From the NCBI GenBank assembly GCA_963677925.2, contig CAXXYH010000004.1:512001-576000 (forward strand): a stretch of DNA of 64,000 bases, in the 5' to 3' direction. The notes below the pieces were generated by a model. That model ran no database searches. It saw only the letters and a list, made by a program, of their open reading frames with translations, and had not been told where the DNA came from. This DNA is from Spirochaetia bacterium (GTDB taxonomy: Bacteria; Spirochaetota; Spirochaetia; UBA9216). This document shows positions 38,994-49,337 of this stretch, one piece after another (position 1 is the first letter of the stretch; the number at the start of each line of letters is the position of its first letter). Position numbers and translations under genes: made by a program.

Positions 38994-39881
38994 ATGGCCG
39001 TTATCGAATTACATGAATTAACGAAATATTATGGAAAGACCAGAGGCATTGAAAATGTAGATCTTACAGTTGAGGAAGGTGAGATCTTTGGTTTTATAGG
39101 ACCCAACGGTGCTGGTAAATCAACAACAATCAGAACTATGCTCGGCCTCATCTTCCCGACAAGCGGAAGAATTAAAATTTTCGGTGAAGATGCTCTTGCC
39201 AGGGGAGCGGAATTACGGAAGCGTATAGGATACCTGCCTTCGGAAGTCTTCTATTACGATAAAATGAGGGTTCTTGATTTGCTTAACTATTCGGCTAGTT
39301 TCTATGATCATAACTGCAGTGAACGTCTGCATGAACTTGCCGATCTGATGGAGCTTGATTTAAAACGAAGAATAGAAGATCTGTCCTATGGAAACAAGAA
39401 AAAAGTCGGGATAGTTCAGGGACTTTTACACAGCCCTGATCTGATAATGCTTGACGAGCCGACCAGCGGGCTTGATCCTCTGATGCAGCAGAAATTCTTT
39501 GATATTATTCAGGCTGAAAATATGAAGGGCTCAACTGTATTCTTCTCATCCCATATCCTGTCCGAAGTTCAGGAGTTATGCAACAGGGTTGCCATCATCC
39601 GTGATGGTTCAATAATTAAGGTTGAGGATATAAAAACCCTGCGCACTGATCATTACAAAAAGATCAGGATTAAAGGTAATGCTCTGGATTCTTCATCATT
39701 TAATGCAGAAGGCGTGATAAATATGGAATGCAGAGATAATGAATTAAGTTTTTTCTTTAAGGGAGATATGAACCGACTCATTCATATGATAAGTGCACAG
39801 AAGATTCAGGATGTACACATTGAGGAACCGACTCTTGAGGAAATCTTTATTCATTATTATGAACAGGAGAAGTCTGAATGA
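38994..39881 (+). CDS. ABC exporter ATP-binding protein
   Basis: GPNGAGKST, LSYGNKKK, LDEPTSGLDP and SSHILSEV. Confidence 0.95.
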   Translation: MAVIELHELTKYYGKTRGIENVDLTVEEGEIFGFIGPNGAGKSTTIRTMLGLIFPTSGRIKIFGEDALARGAELRKRIGYLPSEVFYYDKMRVLDLLNYSASFYDHNCSERLHELADLMELDLKRRIEDLSYGNKKKVGIVQGLLHSPDLIMLDEPTSGLDPLMQQKFFDIIQAENMKGSTVFFSSHILSEVQELCNRVAIIRDGSIIKVEDIKTLRTDHYKKIRIKGNALDSSSFNAEGVINMECRDNELSFFFKGDMNRLIHMISAQKIQDVHIEEPTLEEIFIHYYEQEKSE

Positions 39882-40681
39882 ATATTTTCCTGTATGAGCT
39901 GAAAACCTACCGAATCTCCCTTATATTCTGGAGCCTTGGGATATTGGGGCTGATGGCTATGTTTATGATGATCTATCCTTCATTCGCTGCAGATACAGAG
40001 CTGATGGATAAGATGCTTGCCAATTATCCGGAGGCTATGCTCAAGGCTTTCGGAATGGATGCAGAACTTCCTCTGTCATCAATTCCGGGGTACTTTACTT
40101 TTACCTTTGCATTTATCCAGCTCGTTCTGGCTATCCAGAGTGCTAATTACGGTTTTCATTTTCTTTCTGTTGAGGAACGCGAGCTTACTGCAGATTTTCT
40201 TCTTTCGAAGCCAATCTCAAGAAGCAGAATTCTGTCTGCAAAGCTATGTGCAGTTGTTTTGGGTTTGATTATCATCAATGCGGTGGTCTGGGCAGCCAGT
40301 TATGGGTTCATTGAACTTTTTAGTGACGGTCATTCCTATAACCCGGAGAACATTGCTGTTCTGCTTGCTTCAGTTCCGGTTTTTCAATTATTTTTTATTG
40401 GAGTAGGTGCGGTTCTTTCTGCTGCTCTGAAAAAAATACGGAGTGTCCTGGCCTTTTCAATGGCACTTGCATTCGGTACATATATTATGAATGCTCTGAG
40501 GAATATTGCGGGAGGAACTGTTCTCGGCCTTCTAACCCCGTTCTACCATTTTGATCCGGTGTATATACTTAAAAATGGATCCTGGAATATGCAGACGGCG
40601 ATGATAAGTATTTCCATAATTGTCGTTACTGTAATAGGCGCATATGTGCTGTACCTGAAAAAAGATATCCATTCACTTTAG
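39878..40681 (+). CDS. ABC-2 type permease
   Basis: Six TM helices and EERELTADFLLSKPISR; overlaps the ATPase stop. Confidence 0.9.
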   Translation: MNIFLYELKTYRISLIFWSLGILGLMAMFMMIYPSFAADTELMDKMLANYPEAMLKAFGMDAELPLSSIPGYFTFTFAFIQLVLAIQSANYGFHFLSVEERELTADFLLSKPISRSRILSAKLCAVVLGLIIINAVVWAASYGFIELFSDGHSYNPENIAVLLASVPVFQLFFIGVGAVLSAALKKIRSVLAFSMALAFGTYIMNALRNIAGGTVLGLLTPFYHFDPVYILKNGSWNMQTAMISISIIVVTVIGAYVLYLKKDIHSL

Positions 40682-40690
40682 GAGGCTCAG

Positions 40691-41485
40691 ATGAATATTT
40701 ATCTGCGTGAATTACGCGCCAATCTGAAATCATTGCTCATCTGGAGCACGATAATGATCGTAATTATTTTTATGATGATGTCTGAATTCGAGGCTTATTA
40801 CAATAATCCGGAAATGATGAGTATTCTTGATGCAATGCCTGAATCTTTGATGAAAGCATTTTCATTTTCTGGAGTAAATATAACAACTCTTTCCGGATTT
40901 TTGAGTATGGCATCAATTTACTTTTACCTGATGCTGACTGTATTTGCTTCTCTGCTGGGAAATTCGATAATTTCGAAAGAAGAACGTGATAAAACAGCTG
41001 AGTTTCTTATGACTATGCCTATCTCCAGGCCCCATATGCTTACGGCAAAAATTTTTGCAGCGATAACATATAATCTGATTTTAAATTTGATTACATTTGG
41101 AACTGTTCTGATTGCTTCATTAAAATATGATCCGGATTCTGAATTTCTAAAATTTTCATTATTAATGATGTCTGCTGTATTTTTATTACAGCTTGTTTTT
41201 TCGAGTATGGGTATGCTTTTTGCGTCTGTTCTTAAAAATCCCAGAAAAAGCGGAACGATAGCAATTGTTGTCCTGTTAATTATGTATGTTTTTTCCATAG
41301 CCGTTTCTCTAAGCGATTCCATCGAATTTATTAAGTTTGCATCACCCTATACTTATTTTGAACCGAATTATCTTCTTGTTAATGATCGTTTGAACAATTT
41401 GAATATAATCCTGTCGGCTGGTTTTATCTTGACTGGTGTTATCGTTACATATACTTTTTATCCCAAAAGAGATTTACAAATTTAA
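40691..41485 (+). CDS. ABC-2 type permease (paralogue)
   Basis: EERDKTAEFLMTMPISR; similar to the preceding gene. Confidence 0.9.
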   Translation: MNIYLRELRANLKSLLIWSTIMIVIIFMMMSEFEAYYNNPEMMSILDAMPESLMKAFSFSGVNITTLSGFLSMASIYFYLMLTVFASLLGNSIISKEERDKTAEFLMTMPISRPHMLTAKIFAAITYNLILNLITFGTVLIASLKYDPDSEFLKFSLLMMSAVFLLQLVFSSMGMLFASVLKNPRKSGTIAIVVLLIMYVFSIAVSLSDSIEFIKFASPYTYFEPNYLLVNDRLNNLNIILSAGFILTGVIVTYTFYPKRDLQI

Positions 41486-41498
41486 TTATCAGAACTTA

Positions 41499-42131
41499 TT
41501 ATCTTTTTAGGTATTCAATTAATCCGGAATACCTAAAAAGTCTGTACGAAATGCTCCACATAATAGCAAAAATTATTAGATTCAAAATACGCCAGGTTAT
41601 CGGTTTTCGAAAAAGCGGGGAAAGCAGTCCTGCGCCTATGGATAAGCCGAAAAACCAGATGTATGACATCGTTACAGCTCCGGCACCGAACAGGTAGCGT
41701 CCGGAACCATCGAAAGTTCCGCTGATGCTGCCGAGCAGAACAACTGTATCCAGATAAACATGGGGGTTGAGAAGTGTTAATGCCAAAGCTGTTAATGCTA
41801 CCTGTTTACGGCCTTGAATATTCTGACTGTTATCACCCATACTGCCGGAACCCCGGACTGCAGATATCAGGTTCATAAGTCCGTATATGAATAAGAAGAC
41901 TGCTCCTGCTGCTGATGTAATAGTAATCAAAAGAGGCAGTCTTTCAATAAAGCGTCCAAGTCCGGCGACGCCTGCACCTATGAGAACTGTATCGCAGAGC
42001 GCACAAATAAAAGCAACTTCCAGATGATATTGCTTTTTGATTCCCTGTGTTAATACAAAGGCATTCTGAGAGCCGATAGCAATTATCAGTCCGGCTCCGA
42101 TTCCCATTCCTGTAAAATATGGAGTAAGCAT
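41499..42131 (-). CDS. argO: LysE/ArgO family amino acid exporter
   Basis: LIIAIGSQNAFVL and LTLLNPHVYLDTV; divergent from an ArgP-type LysR gene. Confidence 0.9.
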   Translation of the reverse strand: MLTPYFTGMGIGAGLIIAIGSQNAFVLTQGIKKQYHLEVAFICALCDTVLIGAGVAGLGRFIERLPLLITITSAAGAVFLFIYGLMNLISAVRGSGSMGDNSQNIQGRKQVALTALALTLLNPHVYLDTVVLLGSISGTFDGSGRYLFGAGAVTMSYIWFFGLSIGAGLLSPLFRKPITWRILNLIIFAIMWSISYRLFRYSGLIEYLKR

Positions 42132-42209
42132 GTGATAAGCATATAGAAAATTTACAAATTAGTATAATTAATAATTTTAATATAAAATTAGTGATGTTAA
42201 TATAAACAG
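42132..42209. promoter_or_regulatory. Divergent, apparently leaderless promoters of argO and argP
   Basis: Minus strand TATGCT-6nt-ATG. Plus strand TG-t-TAATAT-6nt-ATG. No SD sequence for either gene. Confidence 0.5.
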
Positions 42210-43100
42210 ATGATTGAATACCGTAATCTCGAGGCTCTTGCTGCAGTTGTAGAAAATAAAGGTTTTGACAAGGCCGGTGAGGCCTTAGGCATCACCCAGT
42301 CTGCCGTAACCCAGCGAATTCGTCAGCTGGAGGAACTTACAGGGCAGGTTCTGCTTATTCGAAGCCAGCCTCCGGCTGTCACCGGTGCCGGGAGCATACT
42401 TCTTGAACACTTCAGAAAGGTAAGGCTGCTTGAACAGGAACTTTCAGTACAAGCCGGTTTGACTGACTTTTCCCAACTGCCGCTTATCTCGCTTGCTGTA
42501 AATGCGGACAGTCTTGCCACCTGGTTTTCCAAGGTTGTCAGCCGATATTTTTATTTGAGCAGCGGTTATCTTGATATTAAAAGTGCCGATCAGGATGTAA
42601 CTCACAGACTGATGACAGACGGCGAGGTTATGGGATGCATTAGTTCAATGGCTGCATCTTTCAGAGGCTGCAGGAAAGATTTTCTGGGAAGCCTGGTTTA
42701 TCGTTTTGTTTCCATCCGGGATTTTTCAGCTTATCATTTCCCTGATGGTATTGACCGGGATTCTTTTAATGCAGCTCCGAAACTGAACTTCAACCGGGAT
42801 GATCAGCTTCTTGCCAACTGGGCCGGACAGTTTTTTAAAGATTCAAAAGCTTTTAATAACAGCAGTTTTGTTCCCTCTTCTGAACAGTTTCCAATAATGA
42901 TACGTGAGGGAGCTGTATGCGGAATGCTGCCTGATGAGCAGTTTAAGATGTATCAGTCTGAATATGATCTTGTTGATTTATCAATGGAAAAGCCGGTTTC
43001 AATTCCGCTTTACTGGCATCGCTGGAGTATTTCTTCTGTTGAGCTTGACGTTTTAAGCAGAATAATTCGGGAAGAGGCTGAGGTTTCGCTGACCAAATAA
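42210..43100 (+). CDS. argP: LysR-family regulator, ArgP/LysG type
   Basis: HTH ITQSAVTQRIRQLE, LAVNADSLATWF, VPSSEQF and LYWHRW. Confidence 0.9.
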   Translation: MIEYRNLEALAAVVENKGFDKAGEALGITQSAVTQRIRQLEELTGQVLLIRSQPPAVTGAGSILLEHFRKVRLLEQELSVQAGLTDFSQLPLISLAVNADSLATWFSKVVSRYFYLSSGYLDIKSADQDVTHRLMTDGEVMGCISSMAASFRGCRKDFLGSLVYRFVSIRDFSAYHFPDGIDRDSFNAAPKLNFNRDDQLLANWAGQFFKDSKAFNNSSFVPSSEQFPIMIREGAVCGMLPDEQFKMYQSEYDLVDLSMEKPVSIPLYWHRWSISSVELDVLSRIIREEAEVSLTK

Positions 43101-43137
43101 AAAGGGCCGGCTTCTTTTTAAAAGCCGGCCCTGATTT
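43092..43137 (+). repeat. 46-bp direct repeat, copy 1 (argP 3' end plus bidirectional terminator)
   Basis: ACCAAATAAAAAGGGCCGGCTTCTTTTTAAAAGCCGGCCCTGATTT, 45/46 identical to 45896-45941. Confidence 0.95.
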
Positions 43138-43802
43138 TAATCCTTTACGCAGCGTACACTGAATCCGACAAGTTTCGGGAATTCTTCCCTGTTTGCTGTG
43201 GTGTAATAATCATGTACAGAATAACCGAAGGGATAATCCAACCCCAATGTATCACTCCACCAAACTGCACGAGAGTCTCCGTCGCTGAAACCTGAACCTC
43301 GTGATCCTCCCGGAACAGCTTTAAATCCTTTCGTATCTTCTCCTTCTCTTCCAGATGCCCACCTTGTCTCGGATTTTAAACAGGTCCATACGTACTCTGT
43401 CCCCTCAATGAGTTCCATATATTCAATTAAGGCTGTCCATTCTGCATCAGTTGCAACATGCCATCCTGTGGGTGCCAGCTTATCCGTTTCTACGGTATAC
43501 CAGTTGTATAATGCTCCTGATATGTCTTTATTGGAAATATCATTTTCATACCAGCAGTATGCTGCTGTCGAAGCTTCATCCCATTCTGTACTGTCCGTTA
43601 TATTCGCTATATTGGTGCCGTCATTAAGTTTGGTGGTCTTCAGGTTTTCAGCCATCCATTCAACACCGTTAATTAAAACTGTATCATAGTTATTTCCATC
43701 TTCATCTACGACCCCACTGCCGGGACCATCGGGAATAATGGATTCACCGCATGAAAGTATTATTGCTAAAAATGCTGTTAAAATTAAAAGTTTTTTTACC
43801 AT
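43137..43802 (-). CDS. Lipoprotein with FISUMP (Fibrobacter succinogenes major paralogous) domain
   Basis: Lipobox ILSC, then DGNNYDTV.I...WMAENL, GALYNW, PTGWHVATDAEW and GFSVRCVKD. Confidence 0.9.
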   Translation of the reverse strand: MVKKLLILTAFLAIILSCGESIIPDGPGSGVVDEDGNNYDTVLINGVEWMAENLKTTKLNDGTNIANITDSTEWDEASTAAYCWYENDISNKDISGALYNWYTVETDKLAPTGWHVATDAEWTALIEYMELIEGTEYVWTCLKSETRWASGREGEDTKGFKAVPGGSRGSGFSDGDSRAVWWSDTLGLDYPFGYSVHDYYTTANREEFPKLVGFSVRCVKD

Positions 43803-44284
43803 GTTTCTCCCTCAGGTATGTAATAATCGGCTCCAGATGTTCCTCCGGTATAGGACCTTTTAAATGCAATAATTTTCCAGAGCTCATTATCTTTTCTCAT
43901 TATACAATAATATAAGTACACGCTTCCGGAATAGCTGGTTAGTGTTGAGTTATCATTGTATGTTCCCCAGGCAATCATATCTCCGGAACGCCCCGGACCT
44001 CCGTCATCTTCCGTCCATTCATAAACTGTTGGGGTGCCCATATATATCGGCGGAGAAAAAAAATCACGCCATGGATCAATCGATTTCCAGTCTTCATATC
44101 CTGCAAAATCCGGGTGAAGATAGGTATAAAGCTGTTCATATTCGGCCGGCAGCTGAGAATTAATTGCCTCAACAAAATCTTCCATCAAGTTATCAATCAG
44201 GCTTCTATCGGAGGGAGTGTCTTCACAGTTTGTGAATAATGCTAAAAACAATAAAATCAGAAAGGATGATATATTCTTTTTCAA
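43796..44284 (-). CDS. Hypothetical acidic lipoprotein (possible NTF2-like fold)
   Basis: TTG start with SD and lipobox FTNC. The LHPDF...RKDNELWKI pattern suggests NTF2-like, tentatively. Confidence 0.7.
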   Translation of the reverse strand: MKKNISSFLILLFLALFTNCEDTPSDRSLIDNLMEDFVEAINSQLPAEYEQLYTYLHPDFAGYEDWKSIDPWRDFFSPPIYMGTPTVYEWTEDDGGPGRSGDMIAWGTYNDNSTLTSYSGSVYLYYCIMRKDNELWKIIAFKRSYTGGTSGADYYIPEGETW

Positions 44285-44394
44285 CTTTTTCTCCCTAGGC
44301 TGTTTATCCTGATATAGATTTTTTGACTTGTCAATAATTTTTTTGGTGCACTAAATGATATCTTCTGCTATCATTTTTTTGATGGAGGTCTCTA

Positions 44395-44769
44395 ATGAAA
44401 AAAAATGTATTTATAAATATATTTCTGGCGGTTATTCTTTTTTCAATTTTTAGCTGCGGTGATCCTTTTGATACTGATGATATTGTCGGATCCGAATGGG
44501 TTGATGATTCAGGAAGTGATTTTATGATAAGGTTTATCACCGACAGGGCTTTTAATAAATTTGAAGTGGAGGATAATGTCGAAGAATTCTACCACTCGTT
44601 TTATTATGTCTATGACTCGGAAACCCTGACAGGATATTCTGTTACAAATTTGATTGTGGAACCGGACTTCGGTGTAGGTACAAAATTTACAATTTCTGAT
44701 GACGGATTATCTTTAACATTCTGGAATAATTTCGGGGGTAATGAATTCTACACAAGGAAATTATTTTAA
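44395..44769 (+). CDS. Hypothetical acidic lipoprotein
   Basis: GGAGG SD and lipobox IFSC. Confidence 0.75.
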   Translation: MKKNVFINIFLAVILFSIFSCGDPFDTDDIVGSEWVDDSGSDFMIRFITDRAFNKFEVEDNVEEFYHSFYYVYDSETLTGYSVTNLIVEPDFGVGTKFTISDDGLSLTFWNNFGGNEFYTRKLF

Positions 44770-45335
44770 AATTGTACATCAAACCAGTCATATGGTTTGA
44801 TATTTGTATTAGACATATCCAGATAACTTACCGGTACAAGTTTTTTAGAATATGCTTCCCAGTTTACAGTTCCTATAGAACTGTCTCTTTCCCCGTATGA
44901 ATAGAATGAGACCCAGAAGGGAAATACAGCTTCTTCAGGATTAGAAGAGATTGCAGGAGCATAATATTCACCGTCATCAAGTTCATCATTTATATTAGAA
45001 TCAATCCAGAAAAGAATATCAATATAATTCTGATGATCTTCAAAGGTAGTAAAATCCGGAGCTGAAATATTGAGCGTATATTCAGCATTTTCTTCTACAG
45101 CGACTATGTTTGAAACAATAGACGGAGGACTTGAAAAACTGCCGGGGTCAATATCTTCTCCTGAGCCATTTCGGTAAAAAGCTGCAATTTTTGTATCGCT
45201 GACCGGGTCTGTTCCGGTTTCAATGGTTCCTGAAACTGACCATTCCAGAGTTTCAATATTTAATAATGCTTCAAAGTCACAGGAAGTTATGAAACATAGC
45301 GAAAGAATTCCTAAAAGTAATTTATAAATTTTCAT
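44766..45335 (-). CDS. Hypothetical acidic lipoprotein
   Basis: Lipobox ITSC; contains DSNINDELDDGE, a possible Ca-binding loop. Confidence 0.75.
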   Translation of the reverse strand: MKIYKLLLGILSLCFITSCDFEALLNIETLEWSVSGTIETGTDPVSDTKIAAFYRNGSGEDIDPGSFSSPPSIVSNIVAVEENAEYTLNISAPDFTTFEDHQNYIDILFWIDSNINDELDDGEYYAPAISSNPEEAVFPFWVSFYSYGERDSSIGTVNWEAYSKKLVPVSYLDMSNTNIKPYDWFDVQF

Positions 45336-45344
45336 AGTATATTC

Positions 45345-45797
45345 CTACATTCCGAAGTAATCAAATATGAGATCATCATAATCATCGTAGCGGAAAGAGC
45401 TGTATTTATGGGTTAAAGTGTATTCATTTGATCCTGTTAAATTTACACTGCCTGAGACATAGTTCCAATCCGCCGTTACTGTTGCAGTTTCGTAATCCTC
45501 AAATGTCACTACTAAACTGATACCATCTAAATCGTAGGTGTATGGCTGGGATATATCTGTCGAATCAGATATTTCAATAGTGCAGGGAGGAATTTCAGTT
45601 ACAGTCGTACCTCCTGAACTGGCTTCTACCATAAATCTCACTACTAAATCACCATCCATGGGTTTTCTTGAAATGACCGCAGTTTCTAAGGGTTCAGTAT
45701 CATCTGTAGACCAAAGTCCTGTAAAAGATGTGAACTCGTTTGTTACAGGATCGCAGGCGTATAGGATAACAACGATTATGAATATAAGTTTTTTCAT
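45345..45797 (-). CDS. Hypothetical acidic lipoprotein
   Basis: MKK, hydrophobic stretch and LYAC lipobox. Confidence 0.75.
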   Translation of the reverse strand: MKKLIFIIVVILYACDPVTNEFTSFTGLWSTDDTEPLETAVISRKPMDGDLVVRFMVEASSGGTTVTEIPPCTIEISDSTDISQPYTYDLDGISLVVTFEDYETATVTADWNYVSGSVNLTGSNEYTLTHKYSSFRYDDYDDLIFDYFGM

Positions 45798-45832
45798 AAG
45801 GCTATAATATTTTATTAATATCTGTTTGTCAA
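45798..45832 (-). promoter_or_regulatory. sigma70 promoter, apparently leaderless
   Basis: TTGACA-17-TATTAT-6nt-ATG on the minus strand. Confidence 0.65.
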
Positions 45833-45895
45833 AAAATAATTTTAAAAGCGGTTATTAGAGATTTTCCGGAAATGAAAAAAGCTGCGGCCTCGTTA

Positions 45896-45941
45896 ACCAA
45901 ATAAAAAGGGCCGGCTTCTTTTTAAAAGCCGGTCCTGATTT
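45896..45941 (+). repeat. 46-bp direct repeat, copy 2 (diverged argP-like 3' end plus terminator)
   Basis: ACCAAATAAAAAGGGCCGGCTTCTTTTTAAAAGCCGGTCCTGATTT; terminates the amino acid ABC operon. Confidence 0.95.
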
Positions 45942-45943
45942 AC

Positions 45944-46732
45944 TTACAGTACATTCCGTAGAAAGTTTTTAGTTTTTTCGTGTTTGGGATTTTCGAACAG
46001 CTTGCTGGGTTCTCCCTCTTCCAGAATCATTCCGTCTGCCATGAGGACAACTCTGTCTCCAACCTCGCGGGCAAACCCCATTTCATGCGTAACGCATATC
46101 ATGGTCATTCCCTGTTTTGCAAGATCCTTCATTACCGCAAGAACTTCACCGACAAGCTCCGGATCAAGCGCACTTGTGGGCTCGTCGAAAAGCATGATTT
46201 CAGGTTCCATCGCAAGTGCTCTGGCAATGGCAACTCTCTGCTGCTGACCACCGGAAAGCTTACTTGGATAAACATCACGCTTATCTGACAGTCCGACTCT
46301 TTCGATCAGTTTCTCGGCTGAAGCGATGGCCTCGGCTTTTGATTTTTTACGAATCAGGATAGGTGCAAGCGTCAGGTTCTCAAGAACTGTCTTATGGGGA
46401 AACAGATTAAACCGCTGGTATACCATTCCCATTTCAAGAAGCATTGCCTTCTGCTGGTCCGCCGGAACTCTGTGAACCGTTTTGTTATGATGCCGGTGAA
46501 GAAACAGTTTATCTTCTACAAAAATCTTTCCGCTTGTAATTTCTTCAAGATGTATCAAAGAGCGGAGGTAGGTGGATTTTCCTGCACCTGAGGGTCCGAT
46601 TATGCAGATAACCTCTCCCTTTTTAACCGCCAGGTCAACGTCCTTAAGAACTTCCAGAGGCCCGAAAGATTTGCAGAGCTTCTCTGTTCTGATTAGATAT
46701 TCATATTCATGTGACTGATTTTCTTTATTCAT
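45944..46732 (-). CDS. Polar amino acid ABC transporter ATP-binding protein
   Basis: [39 protein letters not shown] and VTHEMGFA. Confidence 0.95.
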   Translation of the reverse strand: MNKENQSHEYEYLIRTEKLCKSFGPLEVLKDVDLAVKKGEVICIIGPSGAGKSTYLRSLIHLEEITSGKIFVEDKLFLHRHHNKTVHRVPADQQKAMLLEMGMVYQRFNLFPHKTVLENLTLAPILIRKKSKAEAIASAEKLIERVGLSDKRDVYPSKLSGGQQQRVAIARALAMEPEIMLFDEPTSALDPELVGEVLAVMKDLAKQGMTMICVTHEMGFAREVGDRVVLMADGMILEEGEPSKLFENPKHEKTKNFLRNVL

Positions 46733-47768
46733 AAACAGCTAACCTCGTTTCCATCTTTCCGAATATCCAGGTAAATATTGCGGTTACGATCAGGTAGATT
46801 ACAAGTGCCGGAAGGAATACAAGATAGCTTCCTTCACTGGTCATGATAGTTTTGGATATTGTTGTGATGTCCATCAGTGAGATCGCAAAAACAAGCGATA
46901 CGTCTTTGATCATCATGATAAACTCATTACACAGCGGCGGAATCATTCTGCGTGTTGCCTGCGGAATGATAATATGGGTCATTGTCTGAGCATAACCAAG
47001 TCCTAGAGTCTTAGATGCTTCATGCTGTCCCTTGTCAATTGACTGGATTGCTGCCCTGACAATTTCTGCGCAGTATGCTGCAGAGTTGAGTGAAAACGCA
47101 ATAAGAGCTGCTATAAAAGCGCCCTTATACACGGCTTCAGGATCCGCGGTATCGAATAATCCTCTCCAGGAGAAGCCGAAAATTCCCGGTATTGAAAAAT
47201 AGACAACAAAAAGCTGTATAAGAAGCGGGGTTCCTCTAAAGAAGAAAATATAGGCGCTGCTGATTTTACTGATTATTTTATTGGCTGATATTTTTCCAAG
47301 TGCAAGAAAGATGCTGAATATAAATCCTATAACTATTGATAGGGTTGTAAGCATCAGCGTAAGTTTTACACCATGCAGAAGGTTCTGCTTGATGCCAAGC
47401 ATCCGGTATGTATAGTTTACCATCTGGCCTGTAAACTTTCCGAATCCCTCATCTGCATGAAAAATGGTTCCTGCAAATCCAACATAAGATTCCTGGAATG
47501 CCTTTGCTCCGGAAGTTGAAAAAGAAAGGTAGCTTATAATATGAAAATCATTGTATGTAATTGTAAGACGCTTTCTGGAACTGTCTTTTTCATCTTCGAT
47601 CATCTGCTTTACCTGCGGTGAAGCATGATCCATCATTTCTGACTCAGAGACGTTAATAATCGAAAGAACAATAAACAAAATAACAGCAGCTATAACGACT
47701 ATAGCTGCTGTTTTAACAGATTGTTCCCATTCTCTAAAGTTAATTAGTTTTTTTAGGAAATCCTTCAT
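46725..47768 (-). CDS. Polar amino acid ABC transporter permease
   Basis: [31 protein letters not shown] and IIIPQA. Confidence 0.95.
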   Translation of the reverse strand: MKDFLKKLINFREWEQSVKTAAIVVIAAVILFIVLSIINVSESEMMDHASPQVKQMIEDEKDSSRKRLTITYNDFHIISYLSFSTSGAKAFQESYVGFAGTIFHADEGFGKFTGQMVNYTYRMLGIKQNLLHGVKLTLMLTTLSIVIGFIFSIFLALGKISANKIISKISSAYIFFFRGTPLLIQLFVVYFSIPGIFGFSWRGLFDTADPEAVYKGAFIAALIAFSLNSAAYCAEIVRAAIQSIDKGQHEASKTLGLGYAQTMTHIIIPQATRRMIPPLCNEFIMMIKDVSLVFAISLMDITTISKTIMTSEGSYLVFLPALVIYLIVTAIFTWIFGKMETRLAVYE

Positions 47769-47779
47769 TTATACTTTTA

Positions 47780-48571
47780 TCAGCCGCCGAACCAGTATTC
47801 AGTGCTTTCCTGGAAGAAGCCTTCAGCTTTAAGTTCATCAATGGCTTTATTGATTGCTGCCTGAAGTTCTGCATTTCCTTTCTTGATTGCAACGCCGAAC
47901 TGCTCAGCTTCACTCTTATCAAGGTAGGCAATTTTGTATTTATCAGAATATTTACCAACCTGACCGTCAGCAACGGTAGAGTCTACAACTACAGCATCAA
48001 TTTCTTTGTTGTCGAGCTGAGTAAAGCAGGTGATAACTTTTTCATTCTGAGCAACTGTACAGTTCAGTGAACCTGTAGAGATATAATCAGAAATGAGAAT
48101 ATCTGATGTTGTTTCTTTCTGAACAGCAAGTGCGAGTCCATCGAGGTCAAGGAAGCTTTCTACTTTAAGATCAGAATCAGCACGAACAACTACAGCCTGG
48201 TAATTGTCGATATAGGGGTTTGAGAAATCCATTGTTTCTTTTCTTTCTTCTGTGATGGTTACTGCAGAAATTACAACATCATAATTAACACCGATACCCT
48301 GAAAGATACCATCCCATGCTGTGTTGATGAAAACAATTTCAAGACCGAGTTTTTCACCGAGTGCGTTTGCGAAGTCAATATCGTAACCGATAGGTGTTGT
48401 TCCGTCCTGTGCGAAGTCCTCGAAAGGCGGGTAACCGATTTCAACACCGATTGTAAGTGCACCATTTTTCATAAGGTTAAGATCGGATTCTGCAGCTTCC
48501 TGGGTACCTCCGGCGAATACTGCACTAAGGGCTGCAATACAGAAAAGTACTGCTAAAATGCTCTTTTTCAT
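47780..48571 (-). CDS. Polar amino acid ABC substrate-binding protein
   Basis: YPPFE, GYDID.A and TITEERKETMDFSNPY; signal MKKSIL...FAGGTQE. Start 48571 has an SD sequence. Confidence 0.93.
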   Translation of the reverse strand: MKKSILAVLFCIAALSAVFAGGTQEAAESDLNLMKNGALTIGVEIGYPPFEDFAQDGTTPIGYDIDFANALGEKLGLEIVFINTAWDGIFQGIGVNYDVVISAVTITEERKETMDFSNPYIDNYQAVVVRADSDLKVESFLDLDGLALAVQKETTSDILISDYISTGSLNCTVAQNEKVITCFTQLDNKEIDAVVVDSTVADGQVGKYSDKYKIAYLDKSEAEQFGVAIKKGNAELQAAINKAIDELKAEGFFQESTEYWFGG

Positions 48572-48672
48572 TAAATTACTCCTGTAAAAAATCATTTTTT
48601 AGGAAGTAAGTATATCATAAAATCCTTTATCTGCACCAGAATGCTTTTTCAAAATTATGACAGGATAATAAC

Positions 48673-49308
48673 TTATACAGAAATATATTCACTGAATACC
48701 TTTATTTCTTCACACAGTTTTCCGAAATCTGAGGTTTCTTCATCCCATTTAATATTTAAGTTTTCCCTGAAGGAATAATCAAAGAAAATGGCAGCCAGCA
48801 TTCTACCTGTTGTTTCACAATCTATGTTAGGTCTGATTTTTCCGGCATCTTTTAGTGATGAGAGCAGATTTGAGAAAAAAGATGATGGTGAATCAAGCAG
48901 GAATGTTCTGACACTGTCTCTGGCCGTTTCAAATCTGAATTGATGTGAGACCAGGATCCGCCATGTGTAATGGGTTTTCTCATTCGCTCTGTTAAAGAAG
49001 GTCTTTGCCCCTTCAATCAAAAAATCAGAAAGTATAAAATTCTCCATATTTATAAAGTATTCAGATGGGGGAACAGTGAATCCGGGCTGTATCAGATCAT
49101 TATTCATTTTATCAAAAATTGCATTCAACAGCTCTTCTTTGCTTTTATAATGGTTATATAGGGATGCTTCATTTAAACCAAGTGATTTTGTGATATTCCG
49201 GATAGAAACTGCATCATAACTGTATTTGGAGAAAAGTTTCATTGCCTCATCTAAAATCTTTTGTTTTGTTGGAATTGCTCCGATTTCTGCTTTTTTTGGT
49301 CTGGCCAT
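48673..49308 (-). CDS. TetR/AcrR family regulator
   Basis: MARPK...TKQKILDEA..LF...Y..VSIRNI...GLNEASLYNHYKSKEEL. Confidence 0.92.
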   Translation of the reverse strand: MARPKKAEIGAIPTKQKILDEAMKLFSKYSYDAVSIRNITKSLGLNEASLYNHYKSKEELLNAIFDKMNNDLIQPGFTVPPSEYFINMENFILSDFLIEGAKTFFNRANEKTHYTWRILVSHQFRFETARDSVRTFLLDSPSSFFSNLLSSLKDAGKIRPNIDCETTGRMLAAIFFDYSFRENLNIKWDEETSDFGKLCEEIKVFSEYISV

Positions 49309-49337
49309 AACTATTCTTACCATAAATTTCAGAAAAA

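Noticed and set aside
43137-43802. Diversity-generating retroelement targeting the FISUMP domain
   Set aside because: No reverse transcriptase and no adenine-variant template repeat of its 3' end seen in the window.
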